Source: Eukaryota sp. GEM-RC1
Lineage: Eukaryota
Direction: 5' to 3'
DNA length: 64,000 nt
Assembly (NCBI GenBank): GCA_040285855.1
Contig: JAUFOQ010000016.1
Span: 1,612,001 to 1,676,000, forward strand
The translations under genes were made by a program, and so were the position numbers. The notes below the pieces were generated by a model that worked only from the letters and a program-made list of their open reading frames with translations, ran no database searches and was not told where the DNA came from. Below are positions 25,650 to 38,544 of this stretch, in pieces (position 1 is the stretch's first letter; every line of letters starts with the position of its first letter).

Positions 25650-27088
25650 AAATGCTTCTTATTGAGAACTTCCAACAGTGTTAGGGGATTTTTCTCAAAA
25701 TTGTTCAGTGAGTCATAGAAATCTTGGACAAATCCTTGAATTGTCGTATTATATTAAGGTTTTGACCACACTTGGAACATACCATTACTGAACTTTACTG
25801 AATTTACTATTGATTTAGCCAGAAAATGTAATTCTTTGAGAACTAAGTTCTTAAGTGGTCTTGTAGAGGTTAATGACTCGAAATTGCTTTATCACGCGTT
25901 TTCATCAGCTAATTTTGGCGGTGTGGGTTTTTCACGAGCGTCCTACTTAACTAAAAGTGCGTTTATTGGTGGAATGAAGAATTTCCTATTTGAATTTAAA
26001 TCCAGATACGGCTTTTTGTTTAATGAAAATCTCATTCATTCTACTCCTTGGCTAAGTTCGTTAGTCTCAGTTATTGACAATTTGGATTTGGATATTTGGA
26101 ACAGAGGTTTTTCTTCTCATTTACCCAGTATTCCTGAAAAATCTCCATTGTCTCTCCCTTTATGTGTGGTCAAACTTCAAAATAAGCTTTTGAAGGCATT
26201 TGAAAACCTGGATTTTGAAAATCGTTTTAGTGTTACTAAAATAAATAATCCCGTTTTTGCTGCTTTCTTAAATGATATTAAGAATTCAACTTGTTTGATC
26301 ACTCAACAACCACGTCCTTTTGGATTGCACTTGTCTGATGCGGCTTGGAAATTAAATATGCGATTGCGTTTAGGTTTGTTTCCTGCAGAATTGCTGGACA
26401 ATTCTAAATGTGTTTGTAGTCATCGTCGCATTGCATCTTTTAGACATGTAATTAATTCAAATTTATTCAATTTCGTTCAGTTCTTCATAATGCTGTCAGA
26501 GATGTTACATTTGAAATGTTTGAAGCTCATGGATTTCATGCCAAAGTTGAACCTTTATTTAGAAAGTTGAGTCTTGATTTAATTAATAATTCTCGTCGAG
26601 GTGACTTACATGATCCTTTTGTTGACTCTAGTCAAATTATCCTTGATGTTACAACAGTAGATCCATGTGCTCTAACTTATGTTTAACGGCTTAAATTCAA
26701 AAGGTTTCAATCACCTAGAAAAAGCTGAAAAACGTAAAATTGATTTGTATTCCAAAGATGTTGCTAAACTCAATCAAAATTTATATTCAAAATTTATATT
26801 TGTTCCATTTGCTATTTCTATTTTTGGTAGTATTGGTCAAATGGCTTCTAAGTTTTTAACTGACTTTGGATCTATGTGTAAGTCTCAGAATAAGAGATTT
26901 AACTTGTCAATTTGCCATAACCGTTTGATTTTTTCTTTGTTCCGTTCGGTGCCTAAGTTTTTTAAATCAATTCACAAAGTTGTATTATAACTGTGGTACA
27001 GTTGACCAGGAATTTTCGGTGTCTAGTGTTTCATAGCTTTTATTATGATATGTATTTTTGTACCCTCCATCAGTAAACTGTTTTTTTT
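25650..27088 (+). mobile_element. Degenerate RLE non-LTR retrotransposon, 3' half
   Basis: FGGVG..SAFIGG, MRLRLG..CVC..FRH, HNAVRD, RRGDL..ILDVTTVD, AEKRK..Y, FVPFAISIFG; ends CAGTAAACTG plus T8. Confidence 0.85.
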
Positions 27089-27294
27089 ACAAATACTGTG
27101 TTTTTTTGCATTTTTTGCATTTTCTGTAATCATTATTGCAAATGTTCTTATTGATTATCGAAATCTATGCTCAAAAACAATTCATTACAATAAATATATT
27201 TTCGCCTAATCTTCATAGTATCTCACTGTTGAAAAAGTTGTTTGGATTGAAAGGAATTCGACAATTACAATTGCTTCTAATCATTGTAGGATGA

Positions 27295-30200
27295 ATGCCT
27301 ACCACTAGAAACTCCTTTGCAGATATCTCTTGGATAGCTGACAGACTTGCAGGCCTTCTCCAGCTAGATCTTGAATCTATTTCTCTTGTTCTATCCAATT
27401 CTCAACTTACACATCATATCCGAGATTTCTTATGTGACGATGGACCTTATTCTCTAGTTTTTTCTGTTCTTTTCAGTGAATCTCAGTTTCCCATTGTAGT
27501 TCCTTCTTCAAAGGAAGGACAATCTGAACTCATCAATGTCAACTTACCCGTCAGTCTCACTCTCGTTACTCAACGTACTCTGGAAGATGATAAACTCATC
27601 GTCTTTCTTCGTGATTCCTTGTCTAAATCCATCTTTTGCGTCCCACTTCTATCTGCCACTCTGGTATCCTCAGCTCAATCTATCCTCTCAGATGTTTTCC
27701 TACAACTATTCCCATCATCTCCTAACCTATCCACAGATCCTTCTGCTTCCTCTGACATGATCAAGTCCTTCTACACTCTCCTCAACCGAATGTCTACTTC
27801 TCTCTTCAACCAATCCACCCAAGTACTCCTCCCTAAACCTGAAACGCACGCCCCACCTCAGAACCCTCGAGCTTCTCTAGTTTCCATACAGTCTTACTCA
27901 TCTGCTGCTGACCAAGGAGATCGTACTCTAAGGCAGTGGATTGAGGTTGTAACTGACTTCATTACAGAAACCAACATTGATTCTTTTGGAGTTGTTGCTT
28001 TGAATAACAGAGAACCTGGTCCTTTGGCTGAGATTGAGTATTGGAAACAACGTCACGCCATAGCTCAGGGTTTCCTTGATCAACTGAAGGAACGTGAGTT
28101 GAAGTCGTTTGTCGCATCATTGATCTCTTTTAAATCAAAAATGATTAAGGAGTGGAAGACGTGTGAGTCGATGCTGTATGAGACCTTTAGTGAGTTGAAG
28201 GAGACCCATCGGATAATATTGCTGTTGGAAAAGTCTGTTTTGCCTTATTATTCTGAAAATTTAAATTTTGCTTCTGGATTTGGGACTCTATTTTCCGTTG
28301 TACGATCGCTATACTTCCACACTAGAGTATATAACAATTCTAGACGAATCTCTCAACTATTGAACAGAATTTCCCTCCAAATAGTCTGCTGTTGTCGTAA
28401 TTCCTTATTAAAAATGACTGTTAGTCACAAAAGACCACCCCCAGAGAAACCTGACCTAATCTTTGACTCAATTAAACAATTCCCTTTCAATTCCTTTGGT
28501 CAGCTATTCTCCCAACCATTAGAATCACTTCTGACATCACTAGCAACTCCCGTATCTCTCTCAAAGCTATACAGGCAGGCATTTGAATATTCCCAGTCAA
28601 AGGGATCTGATGGCAATCTGAAGCCTCTGCCTGTTAATGATGACGTTGTTCTGGGACCTTTGACAAAGTTTATTAGTCGGTGTCAGCAGTTGATTGAGGT
28701 TTGTAAAGTGTTGGTGACTTTTTCGGAATTAATTCAAAAATCTGAATATTTTAAAAAGTTCATTAATCCGTTTGTTGGCTGGCTTGTGGATGACGTTTTT
28801 CCAAGTTTTATGACCCATTTGCTGGCCCTGAATTTGCCCTTGATTATGATATATTTAAATCCAAAGTTGCGATTCTTGATGAAACACTTTCAGAAGATAT
28901 ATCAACTCTCTTTTTTTCATCCCAAACATTAGTTTCTAAAATCAATATTCTCAAACCCCTGCTACCTCTTGTTAAGAATCATCTTGTTTCTTGCTCTGAA
29001 GTTATTAAAGATGCACCACCCACGTCTATGACGTGTTTTTGAGCATTTTAACACGTGTTGAAGAAGATTTTAATAATTTTAATGAAACCCCTGTGATTGA
29101 CCGTGACGTGCCTGATATTGCTGGTTCAATTGTGTGGTCAAAACGACTTTTGGATCAGGTGGAGGGTCCTGTTAATGAACTGTCGGCAATCCAAGCGTTA
29201 TTTGAACAGGATCAATTTTCAAAAATTATTAAATTGTACAATAAATTGGGAAAAGTTCTAGTTGGATTCGAAACTGCTCATGATCTAACCTGGCAAAGAA
29301 ATGTCGATTTAATTAAAAGTTATTTGAATATTCCTCTGCTTACTGTTGTTGACGACGGAACTAAACTTTTACTAAACTTTCCTAAGAATATTAGTCAATT
29401 ATTAAAAGAAGCGCAATTTATTCAAAGTCATGGTCTCACTGATGTACCAAAGTTTGTCTTAGATCTCCTAGTTACTCTGAAACCTCAACAGGATCTTCTG
29501 AAACAGCTTCTGATTGAACGTGAAAGAGTGCTATCACGTGTACTTTCCTATTCCGTACCAATACTGACCCCCTATCTATTGTACTTAGATGAGAAGACTA
29601 CCCCAGGATTGGCAGGTATGACTTGGATCGGATTAGGTATCAGTGATTATTTGACTGATCTGTCTAGCGCAATCACTCAGATTGATAGTGCACTTTCCCA
29701 AATTGAATTGACCGTCAAAGATAATTGTAAAGATGCTCTGACCAGGTTGCTTGATTGTTGTCCATTAAATTCCAAGTATTTCAAATCCAATTCCTCGACA
29801 ATTGATCGACCTCCGTCTTTTGATGAGCTGAAAAACAGAGTTACTACCAACACTACAGAATTTTTAATTAAGTATAAGGAATTGACGAGCCAGATAGGAT
29901 TCTGTGCTTCTCAGATTGTTAAAATATTTAGGACTGATACCAGTTTTTCAAATTTGTGTTTTCAATTCTCAATTGATCATATTGACGCTGAACTCATAGT
30001 TACTGCCCTAGAAGAGTTTTATCTTGATACCATTTTTACTTTTTTTATGAATTCATTCCAGGTGTTCCGTTCGCTCTCTGATAGTATTTCCTTTGTAACA
30101 ATTCCCTTGTCATTTGATCAAAATTTCAAGGTCACCCGTTCAGTAGTGATTGATCAATCAGTGTCGTTGTTGTTGACTTCTGTTGATGAGTTATTGTCGG

Positions 30201-32042
30201 TATTGTCTTTTGATCTGCAATCACAATCAAATCTAATTGAGTCTGTAAAGCACTCACTTCAAAATTGGAAGGTTCGGGCAGAGATTGTCTCTCAAAAGAT
30301 GATAGAGTCTATGTCTGATTTATCTGATTCTCTTTCTGGTGACGTGTCAATAGTTTCTGATCTCCACTCAATCAATCGTTCTGATTTGGTCCTGACTGTA
30401 CGAGATCAATTAGACAAATTTGAAAATTTAAGATGTGTTGTCAAAATGGACTCATGGGCCATTGATGATAATATTTTTGTTGATTACAGCTCAGTTCTTT
30501 CCTTTTCGAAAACAAGATTGAATCTGCGGTTCGGCTGTTTCTTGACAAAATCGAGGCCTTTGTTTTCGACTTATTTAAAATTTTTGAATCTTATGATCTT
30601 GAGCTCTTTTCAATCACTGGAATCAGTCGCCAATCGGATGATCTGGACTTGTTTTGCAAGAGACTGACGATGTTTAGGTCTTTTGAGGAATTTGAGGTTG
30701 GTCTTTTGGAGAATTTAAATTTAAGCTCATATATTGCTTCTTGTCTGTCGAGTTTTGGAATAATGTCCAGAATTTCAGAATCAGTTACTCTTACTAGAAG
30801 TCGATGCAATCAAATTCACTCAATCAAAAGTGACACATCACATGCAATTTCGGATCTTTTACAGTATTTTTTGAGTTTTTGTTCTGAGGAAATTACTTTG
30901 ATATCAACAAGAGTAGATGCAATGGCTGGTTTAGTAGATATAGAGAACATTGATGTGTTTTCTGACAGTTCAAGTCCTTTCTGTTCGGATTTGTCTTTTC
31001 TCAATCACATTTAATATCTTCTACTTTAAAATCTGAGATATCTGATATATCCGCAAATTTTTCAAAATATGCACGTTTTCTGAAAATTCTCCAAAATCGA
31101 GCTGAAACCGATCTAATTCCATTGGAAAGTTCTATCATTTCCAAAATTGAACATTTAACTCTCATTACCACCAACCTAAAAGATTTCTTTACTTCCTTTT
31201 GTTCAATAGAATCTGTAAGAAAATCTCTTGAATCGGTTTCTGTCATTAGCAATGACTGTATTAGTACTCTGACCGACTCTATCAGCGTTCTGAAACAATC
31301 TATTGATGTGTTTCAAAATACCCCTCAGTTTGTTAATCCGTCTTCAATATATTTAAATTTTGTTAAAGAATCTCAAAAGCTCTATGACGTTTTGACTCTT
31401 CTTTTCGCGTTCTTCACCGAGTCACCTTCCAGTTCTTTCCTTACACATTTCCTCAGGAATTTAGATGTCTCGTCTTCGATTCCAATCTCTAGTTGCTCAC
31501 TTGCCTTGATTTGTGGAATTGTTTCTGATTGTCCAAAGTATATTTCCACTCTGAAAACCTTTTCTAATTTAATTCTGAATTACAACAAGATTAATTCAAT
31601 CAAATCTCTAGTGACGTCTAAGTTGGCTGTTCAACGATTAGTTCTAGTTGAATCAGTGATTGGGGAAACAACTGAGGTTTTCCAGGTAAATGATCTTGAT
31701 GGTGTTTGTTCTTTTTTAAAATCTACAGAGTCTGAACTGGTTTGTTTACTTCAACACCCTGTTGATATCAATTTTCCTAAATTTTTAAATTATTCCATCC
31801 GAGATGGTGTTCTTGAATTTGTTTTCAAATTGAGTAAATTACATCAAAATTTGATTTCCCTATCGGAAGTTCAGAATCAATTCATTCCGATCCTTCAAAC
31901 TGCCGCTATTTTTAACGTTGATTTAGATGTTTTAACCCATTGGAACGCTTTGATTTCAGGTATTTGTGACAAATCCATAAGTTCACTTGAAACCACTGAC
32001 TTTGATAAGATTGTTACTGTTAGAAATTGGATTTCGAGTTGA
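27295..32042 (+). CDS. Dynein heavy chain N-terminal tail only (outer-arm gamma/DNAH5-8-like), ~1580 aa in four frameshifted pieces, no AAA motor
   Basis: GPLAEIEYWKQR, YNNSRRISQLLNRISLQIVCCC, PVIDRDVPDIAGSIVWSKRL and YNKLGKVLVGFE match DHC_N1. No P-loop is seen before the stop. Confidence 0.75.
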
Positions 32043-32186
32043 TGATTTCCCAATCTATAGTTTTGCTTAAGTTTGTTTTGTACAATATTTTGTTCGCACA
32101 ATTTCGGTTTTCAACTGATATTTGTTTTATATTATATAATTTTTTGACACTGTAATAAATTAATTCACATTCACTATTAATATCAA

Positions 32187-33700
32187 CTATTCTTCAGTTT
32201 TCACTCTCTTAATCTCTGGAGCTGTGAGGGAGGGACCCAAAGCGAAAGCATTATTTGAGTACGGCATTGGACCGTTAGAGTTAGGTGATCTGTATTGTAT
32301 TACAGAGTTGTCAGCGGCACTTGGGGCAGGAGGAAACGAAGAAGACATTGGACTTGCGGCGGTCATTGATTCGGCTAAAACAGCGAGCTTCATTGCATCT
32401 CTTGTGGGATCAAAGGTGCTGGATAGTCTTTGTGAAGTTGGAGGGACTCTTGATGGGCGTTTTTTCTTTGGGACAGGAACAAATCCCTTGTTTGTACCAG
32501 TAGGATACTTCTCAGCATTGTCATCAGCTGGTAAACGTTTGGTAACAGCTGTAGGTGCTGACAGGGATTGAATTTTACGAGAAATATCATAAACTCTAGA
32601 GGAGAGCTGTGTATTTCGTGGATGGAGCGCTGCGGCAGTGTTGTAGGAACTCAGGGCGTCTTCCAATTGGCCAACAGCTTCATAAAGGGTTCCCAAGTCA
32701 TACCAGATTTCAGCCAGTTTCGGTGTTATGGATATAGCTCTACTATACGCCTGAAGAGCTTCATCATACTGATGGACATAGAAGTACATGACTCCAACTG
32801 AGCACCAAATAGCGGGATTGAAAGGATCTCGGAGGAGAGCTTGGCTGTAGCACTCGTGAGCTCGAGAGTACTTACCCAAAGCCATAAACACACGGCCAAG
32901 GAGATACCATGTTTGCTCATCACGGTAATCACAGGCAGCAGCCCGGGCAAGAACCTTAACAGCAGCGCCAGAATCAGAATGAGGGGGACAATGCAACATC
33001 CAGCCAAGGTGTTGGAGGGACCGGGAATGGTGAGGATTGATACTCAAGGCAGTTTCAAAAGACTCTATGGCTTCAGGGAAATTTCGGGAGAGCTCATATG
33101 AAAAACCACGCGAAAAATAGGCATCAGCAGCTCTGGGGGAGCCCTTCCATGCTTCGGCAGCGTGGTAGAAGGAGGAAACGGCTTTTGGGAAATCACCCCG
33201 TTGTTTACTGATTAGACCCAACTCATAAAAAACCTCCCCTCGATCAGGAAATTGGGAGTCTAAAGTTAAACATCTAATAAAAGCTTGTTCGGCATTATCA
33301 ATGTCTCCATAGCGACGGAATATGAACCCAATACACATCCAGAGTGACGGATTGAAGGGCTCAACTGTGAGTCCACGTCGATACATGTCGTAGGCTCGGG
33401 GAAAGTCTTCACGGAGTATGAAGAGAGATGCAATGTTGGACCAGGCGTTAGCATTGATGGTCTTTTGTTGACTCTCCGGCAGTTCATTGATTTTGGAAAC
33501 AATGTAAAAAGCTTGATCAGAACAGTTGTTTTGAAGTAGGAAACTACAATACTTTCGAATTGATTCGGAGCAAAGGGTGCCTTTTCAAAGCATTGTTCAA
33601 TGCTGGTCTTCTGCATATGTGTGTCGCCACACGTAGCCGAGATGCGGGATATTAACCCCCAACAATCAGAAAGAGTTTGGTGAAAGAATATGGAGGTCAT
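32187..33700 (-). CDS. TPR transcriptional corepressor, Ssn6/Cyc8-like (one indel at ~33400)
   Basis: QTWYLLGR..A...Y.QA..RD..NPAIWCSVGVMY...QY.EAL.AYSRAI...P...EIWYDLGTLYE is the Cyc8/UTX-type TPR block. Confidence 0.85.
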
Positions 33701-34259
33701 TGATGTATGATGGTAGGAAAATTGGTGTCACATCATACTTCTCTTCCACATGCCTTTATCGTATCCTGACTTGTTGGTCAACACTAGATGATGTCTACTG
33801 GTTAAGACATACTAAAAAGTTTGTAAAACTAAGCTCCGGACTGACCAATACAAACCTATTCATTTTCTTTGCTCTCCTCACTCTTACTATTTCATCAGTT
33901 TCTGTTCTGACAAGTCGTTTTATAATAATAGCATGAGACGATGGAGGTTTTGAGAATCAAACAAGTTTTATACTTGGTAAATATTGAAGAGAAATGACCT
34001 GATACTCTTTAAGAACTCTAGCTTGGTAACGTACCGGTGTAGTAGAAAACCATTTGGAAATTCACAAATTGTAGCCTTGGCCCAGAAATCCAACTGTTCC
34101 TGAAATGGTGTTTAAGAGCTGTTTTGTCAGTAATTGACTTCGAACTGTCGATGTCATTGTTGTTCTAGTATGGCCTCTTTATATTCTTTAAAACAAGATT
34201 ATATTGAAATTAAATCCTGAAAAATATGAATTAAAATATGAAAACAATTAAAGTACAAT

Positions 34260-34931
34260 TTAGTTACCATCCCAAACAACAGCACGAATATTTTGGATGT
34301 CTTCATACTCTTTCGCAATTGAATTAGCAACTTCTTCTGCATTTCTGAATTCATCCCAGCGGACACGGATAACTGGAATGACTCGAGATATGTCTGTGAT
34401 GAACACTTGATATGCATCATAGAGACTCTGGAGATACTCTAGAGAAACACTGGACTCACAATCTCGTGATCGTTGTTTAATTCTATCAAGAGACTCCTGT
34501 GGAGTAACATCAAGAAATATAATGATGTTTGGCTTTCTCATGAAATTAGACATGTTGTTAAACAAGCGGAGGTAGGTTTCGTAGTCTCGTTTTTCCATGA
34601 GTCCTGAGTCTGAGAGCATTTTGGCAAAGACTGAATCCTCATAAATTGTACGGTCTTGTACACCACCCTGTCCTTGCCAGATGATCTGTTGGTGTTGTTC
34701 AAAGCGACGGTTCAAAAGATAGACTTGAAGAGGAAATGCATATTTGGCCATGTCATTGTAGAAGTCTGCCAAATATTCGTTGTCAGTAACTGGTTCATAA
34801 TATACAGGCAAATCCAGTTTTTCTGCCAAGGCAGTAGCAAGGGTGCTTTTACCAGCGCCAATAAGACCGCAGATTCCAATAAAAACCTTATGAAGGCTGC
34901 AGCTAGCGTTGACAGAAGTTTCAGCGGGCAT
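34260..34931 (-). CDS. Deoxynucleoside kinase (dNK family)
   Basis: GLIGAGKST P-loop, YEPV..N.YL..FY, LQVYLL..RF, DRTIYED..F, RI..RSR..E. Confidence 0.92.
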   Translation of the reverse strand: MPAETSVNASCSLHKVFIGICGLIGAGKSTLATALAEKLDLPVYYEPVTDNEYLADFYNDMAKYAFPLQVYLLNRRFEQHQQIIWQGQGGVQDRTIYEDSVFAKMLSDSGLMEKRDYETYLRLFNNMSNFMRKPNIIIFLDVTPQESLDRIKQRSRDCESSVSLEYLQSLYDAYQVFITDISRVIPVIRVRWDEFRNAEEVANSIAKEYEDIQNIRAVVWDGN

Positions 34932-35210
34932 TGAGAAATTGATTGTCTCCTTTTTGGATAATTTCCGCTGTGTGTATAGCAAAGGTGTTGCTGTCACAAC
35001 TCACGACCAAGTGAAAAGTTCTAGTTAGTATGAATGGATGACACTTCAATCACTAATAGACACCCACAATCAGAATACCGGTCTTATTAATGTTACAATT
35101 TTATTTCCACCATCCACCTCAAAATCCAAGGTTAAAATTCAAATTGATCCAATTAACACAAAATCAACAATAAATAACTCACTGCTAGAGACGATTTTGA
35201 AGAAGAGAAG

Positions 35211-35992
35211 TTATAATTCCAATTTAATTACAGTTTGACGATTAGTAATGAAGATTCCATCATCATCACAGAAGAATCCCGTTGCTTCAGAAAAAGGGAG
35301 ACCAATACGATCAATCTCTTCCCCAGACAGGCTCAACTTCACCACCTCAGCATTATCAATCCCATCCTTAAGATCAGAATGTAATACAAATAGAGAAGAC
35401 TCATGAAATTGAACATCAACCGGTCCAAACTTACCAGTAAACTGACGAAACAAGGACGGTATCCAAGCCTCTCCAACTTTAGATAACTTCAGTAATCTGT
35501 TCAGCCCAGTTTCACAAACAAACAAATGTAGTCCATCTGGTGACAAAGCGAGACCAGTAGGGTAAGCGAGAGAGTGTAGAACAATCGGTTTTAACAGCTT
35601 TGTCTGCTCACATAACTCAAAGATGCTACCTTTGGGATAGAACATGTGAGTATCTCCAAGAACACCAGAGTCAGTGAAGAAGATTGAATTCTCGTGAACA
35701 GCAACACCGTGAGGACCCAGGAAGGGAATAGAGTTGTATTCAGCAGAAAGAACTTCCAGTTGAGAATTGGAAAAGACAAAATAGACTTATGCACCTTATC
35801 AGCAATAATAAGGTCTTTGGTTGCAGTTTGACAGAAAGAAGCAGGAGAACCACCAGTAATAATCAGAGGATCAGAGGAGTCGTTGGAAATTTTAGAGATT
35901 GTTCCCGATTCAGCATCACATACAGTTAGAATTCCATCAAGAAGACGAGGACATGACAAGTGACTGTTTGTTGATGAATATAAAGTGGTCAT
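35211..35992 (-). CDS. SMP-30/gluconolactonase-like beta-propeller (one indel at ~35770)
   Basis: FLGPHG...IFFTDSG, LAYPTGLALSPDG..LFVCET..NRL. Confidence 0.8.
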
Positions 35993-36407
35993 GTATTGGA
36001 AAAAAAATTTGAGAAGCAAAAGCGAACTACATGTACCACTGACTGACAGTAACTCTACACTGCCATCAGGATGATCTTCATCCATGTACTTACTATCTAT
36101 TGTGACCACCAATTCTTTTCTTCTAACTGCTTCGAAATCATAGACAAAACTTCCTCTAGATGTCCATCAGCAACCCAGTACTTTTCACGTTAATCCGATT
36201 GAAGATATACTCTCTTATTGAGGGATTTCCTTTTCAGATTTAGTGCGAACTTTTCTTTCACTATGTTTCGCTCCTTAGACTTGTCAGAATTTAGCGCAAT
36301 AGACTTTTCATGGGCTGGATGTGCACTGCAACTCAACTACATTAACCCCTTCAAAACCCACTTTTTAAAAAGTAGAGGATGATGTTTATGAGTGTGTTTC
36401 AGAGTGG

Positions 36408-36797
36408 ATGGCGTTCCTCTCAAAACCTAATAGCTTTAATCCCATAGTCACCTTTAGAATCAATGTTGGTACCACAGTAGTTCTGCACGAGGAACCACTC
36501 AAGTTCCTGGGATACAGATTGTTTGATGGGAAAGTCAAAGATCGGAAGGCTCGAGAAATATGGTGCCAGTGGCTGGTGTATCAAATCATTCATTGCGCGG
36601 GGTTCTCCATTGGACAATCACCACGAAATCCTTCCAAGTTTGCCGATCTTTTACTTTACTACACGTTACCAAGAGCTCACTATGATGATGGATTGAGATA
36701 TTCTTGCATTTATGCTATTCAACGGTTACTGTCGTCTTTGGGGTATCGAAGTTGTGAAACTAATGATGGATTTGAGGTTATTTGGAATATTCATTGA
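36408..36797 (+). CDS. Hypothetical protein
   Basis: 129-aa ORF with protein-like composition; no motif recognised. Confidence 0.35.
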   Translation: MAFLSKPNSFNPIVTFRINVGTTVVLHEEPLKFLGYRLFDGKVKDRKAREIWCQWLVYQIIHCAGFSIGQSPRNPSKFADLLLYYTLPRAHYDDGLRYSCIYAIQRLLSSLGYRSCETNDGFEVIWNIH

Positions 36798-36889
36798 CCT
36801 CTTCTCTTCCTGTTGTGTCAATAAACATGTTGGTATTTATTTGAGAAGGTGTAAAGTTGTTCTGGAAATCTTAATACTTAGGAAATATT

Positions 36890-37745
36890 ACTTACTGTGA
36901 ACACAGAAACTCACAAATATTTTTGAAAGCTTGGATTATAATGTTTGCTCTGCTTAATGTCTGATTACTCAAATCCCTCAAGTTTACGGTCTTTTTCTTG
37001 ATGATGACTCTTGGTCATTAAACATGCGTTTACGGTCATATATTTGGCCTGATAACCTTCCACATAATTTGAAATGCCAATGTGGGCAATCTGTAACACC
37101 TACACATTTATTGAAGTGTAACCGTTTTATTTCTTTTAGAAGTAAGGTTCATGATTCAGTCAGGGATCAATTATATTGTATGTGTAGATCTTTTGGAATA
37201 GTTTCCTTTTTCGAACCAGTTTTGGCTGGTTTGGTTGATGATACAGATGTTGACAAATCGTTTGGAAATAGCCGTGGTGATGTCATATTTCCTGGTCTCG
37301 ATGGTTCTTTCATTATTGCTGATGTTATTTCTATCGACGTTTGTAATGGTTCCAACAAGAAACTTGCTAAATCTAATGCTAAAAACCCTCTGTTGATTGG
37401 TGAAAAATTTAAAAAAGAAAAAATATTGTGGTAAATTGATTTCAATTGAATTCGGCTGCACACTCGAATTACTTGTTGAACCTTTTGTATTTTCACTGTA
37501 CGGTTCTTTAGGTGAATCTGCAACGTCATTACTTGAAATCTGTGTGAAGATTGTAAAAGAAAAAACATCTACACTGTAGCATCTAATAATCAATATCCCC
37601 AAAGTCCAGATTGTCTAAATGGAAATTCTCACCTACCTTATCCTCATAATGTCTGTCAAGAGATAATAAAGTGCTAGAAGTCACCATACCTTTAAAGATA
37701 GCAAACACAATTCGATTCTTCCAAAATCTAAGATCAAAAGTCTAT
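36890..37745 (+). mobile_element. RLE non-LTR fragment whose 3' end (37580-37745) is inverted
   Basis: CQCGQ...HLLKC..HDSVRD..RGDV...D...D on plus to ~37567. The expected continuation FDLRFWKNRIVFAIFKG...GDIDY* reads on minus. Confidence 0.8.
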
Positions 37746-37896
37746 GTACACTGTAGTGTTGTTGTCAATAAAACTTGTCACAAAAAAAACTGAGAACATA
37801 ATCTGATTCAGTATTTCAAAACAGTGTTCATCCATTTTTCAAAAAGTGATTAATACAATAACTTTCAAATTCACGGTAAGGTTGCTTGTAACAAGG

Positions 37897-37967
37897 GCGT
37901 TCGTGGTTTAGTGGTAGAATACGTCGTTGCCATCGATGTGACCCGGGTTCGATTCCCGGCGGATGCA
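37897..37967 (+). tRNA. tRNA-Gly(GCC)
   Basis: Acceptor GCGTTCG/CGGATGC, D arm TAGTGGTA, anticodon stem CGTCG-TTGCCAT-CGATG, T loop GTTCGATTC, followed by a T8 Pol III terminator. Confidence 0.95.
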
Positions 37968-37974
37968 TTTTTTT

Positions 37975-38420
37975 ATATTGCATCACGCTATAACTTCACT
38001 CACTTCCAAAAAAGGAAATTTTTTGATGATGAATTTTCTACTCTTGAAGTGGCTGAAAAAGGAAAAAATACAAAGTAGTCACTTGATTAACCAATTGAAT
38101 GTTGACAGGTACAATTCTTTTGTGTTTCAACCTTTTGCGATGTCGATATACGGTAATATTGGACCAGCTGCACAAGGTTTTTTAACTTCCTTTGGTAAAT
38201 TGTGTTCTGAGTATGGTAAAGTTTTCAATGAAAATTTTTGGTTGAGTAGGTTAACGTTTGCGTTGTTTCGTTCAATGCACAGATATTTTAATTCAATTTT
38301 AGGTAAGTTGTTCGGTGATGGACAGAAGGATCATAGTTTAGATAGTTTAGTTAGTGTCTGTTAGTTATTAACTTCTGCAAATGTCTTTATTTCACTGACT
38401 GATCATAAACCCCGTGTTTT
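37975..38420 (+). mobile_element. RLE non-LTR 3' fragment directly behind the tRNA
   Basis: LEVAEK..FVFQPFAMSIYG; near-identical to 10559-10865; ends CATAAACCCCGTGTTTTT. Confidence 0.8.
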
Positions 38421-38544
38421 TGTTGTAGTTGTACAATTGTGGAATTTCATATCTTCCCCGTTACATCACGAGAGGTTCTTCCCATTATATTTATTGTTAT
38501 ATATGGTTCTCCTCTCATTGTATGTATAACCGTGCACATAGACC

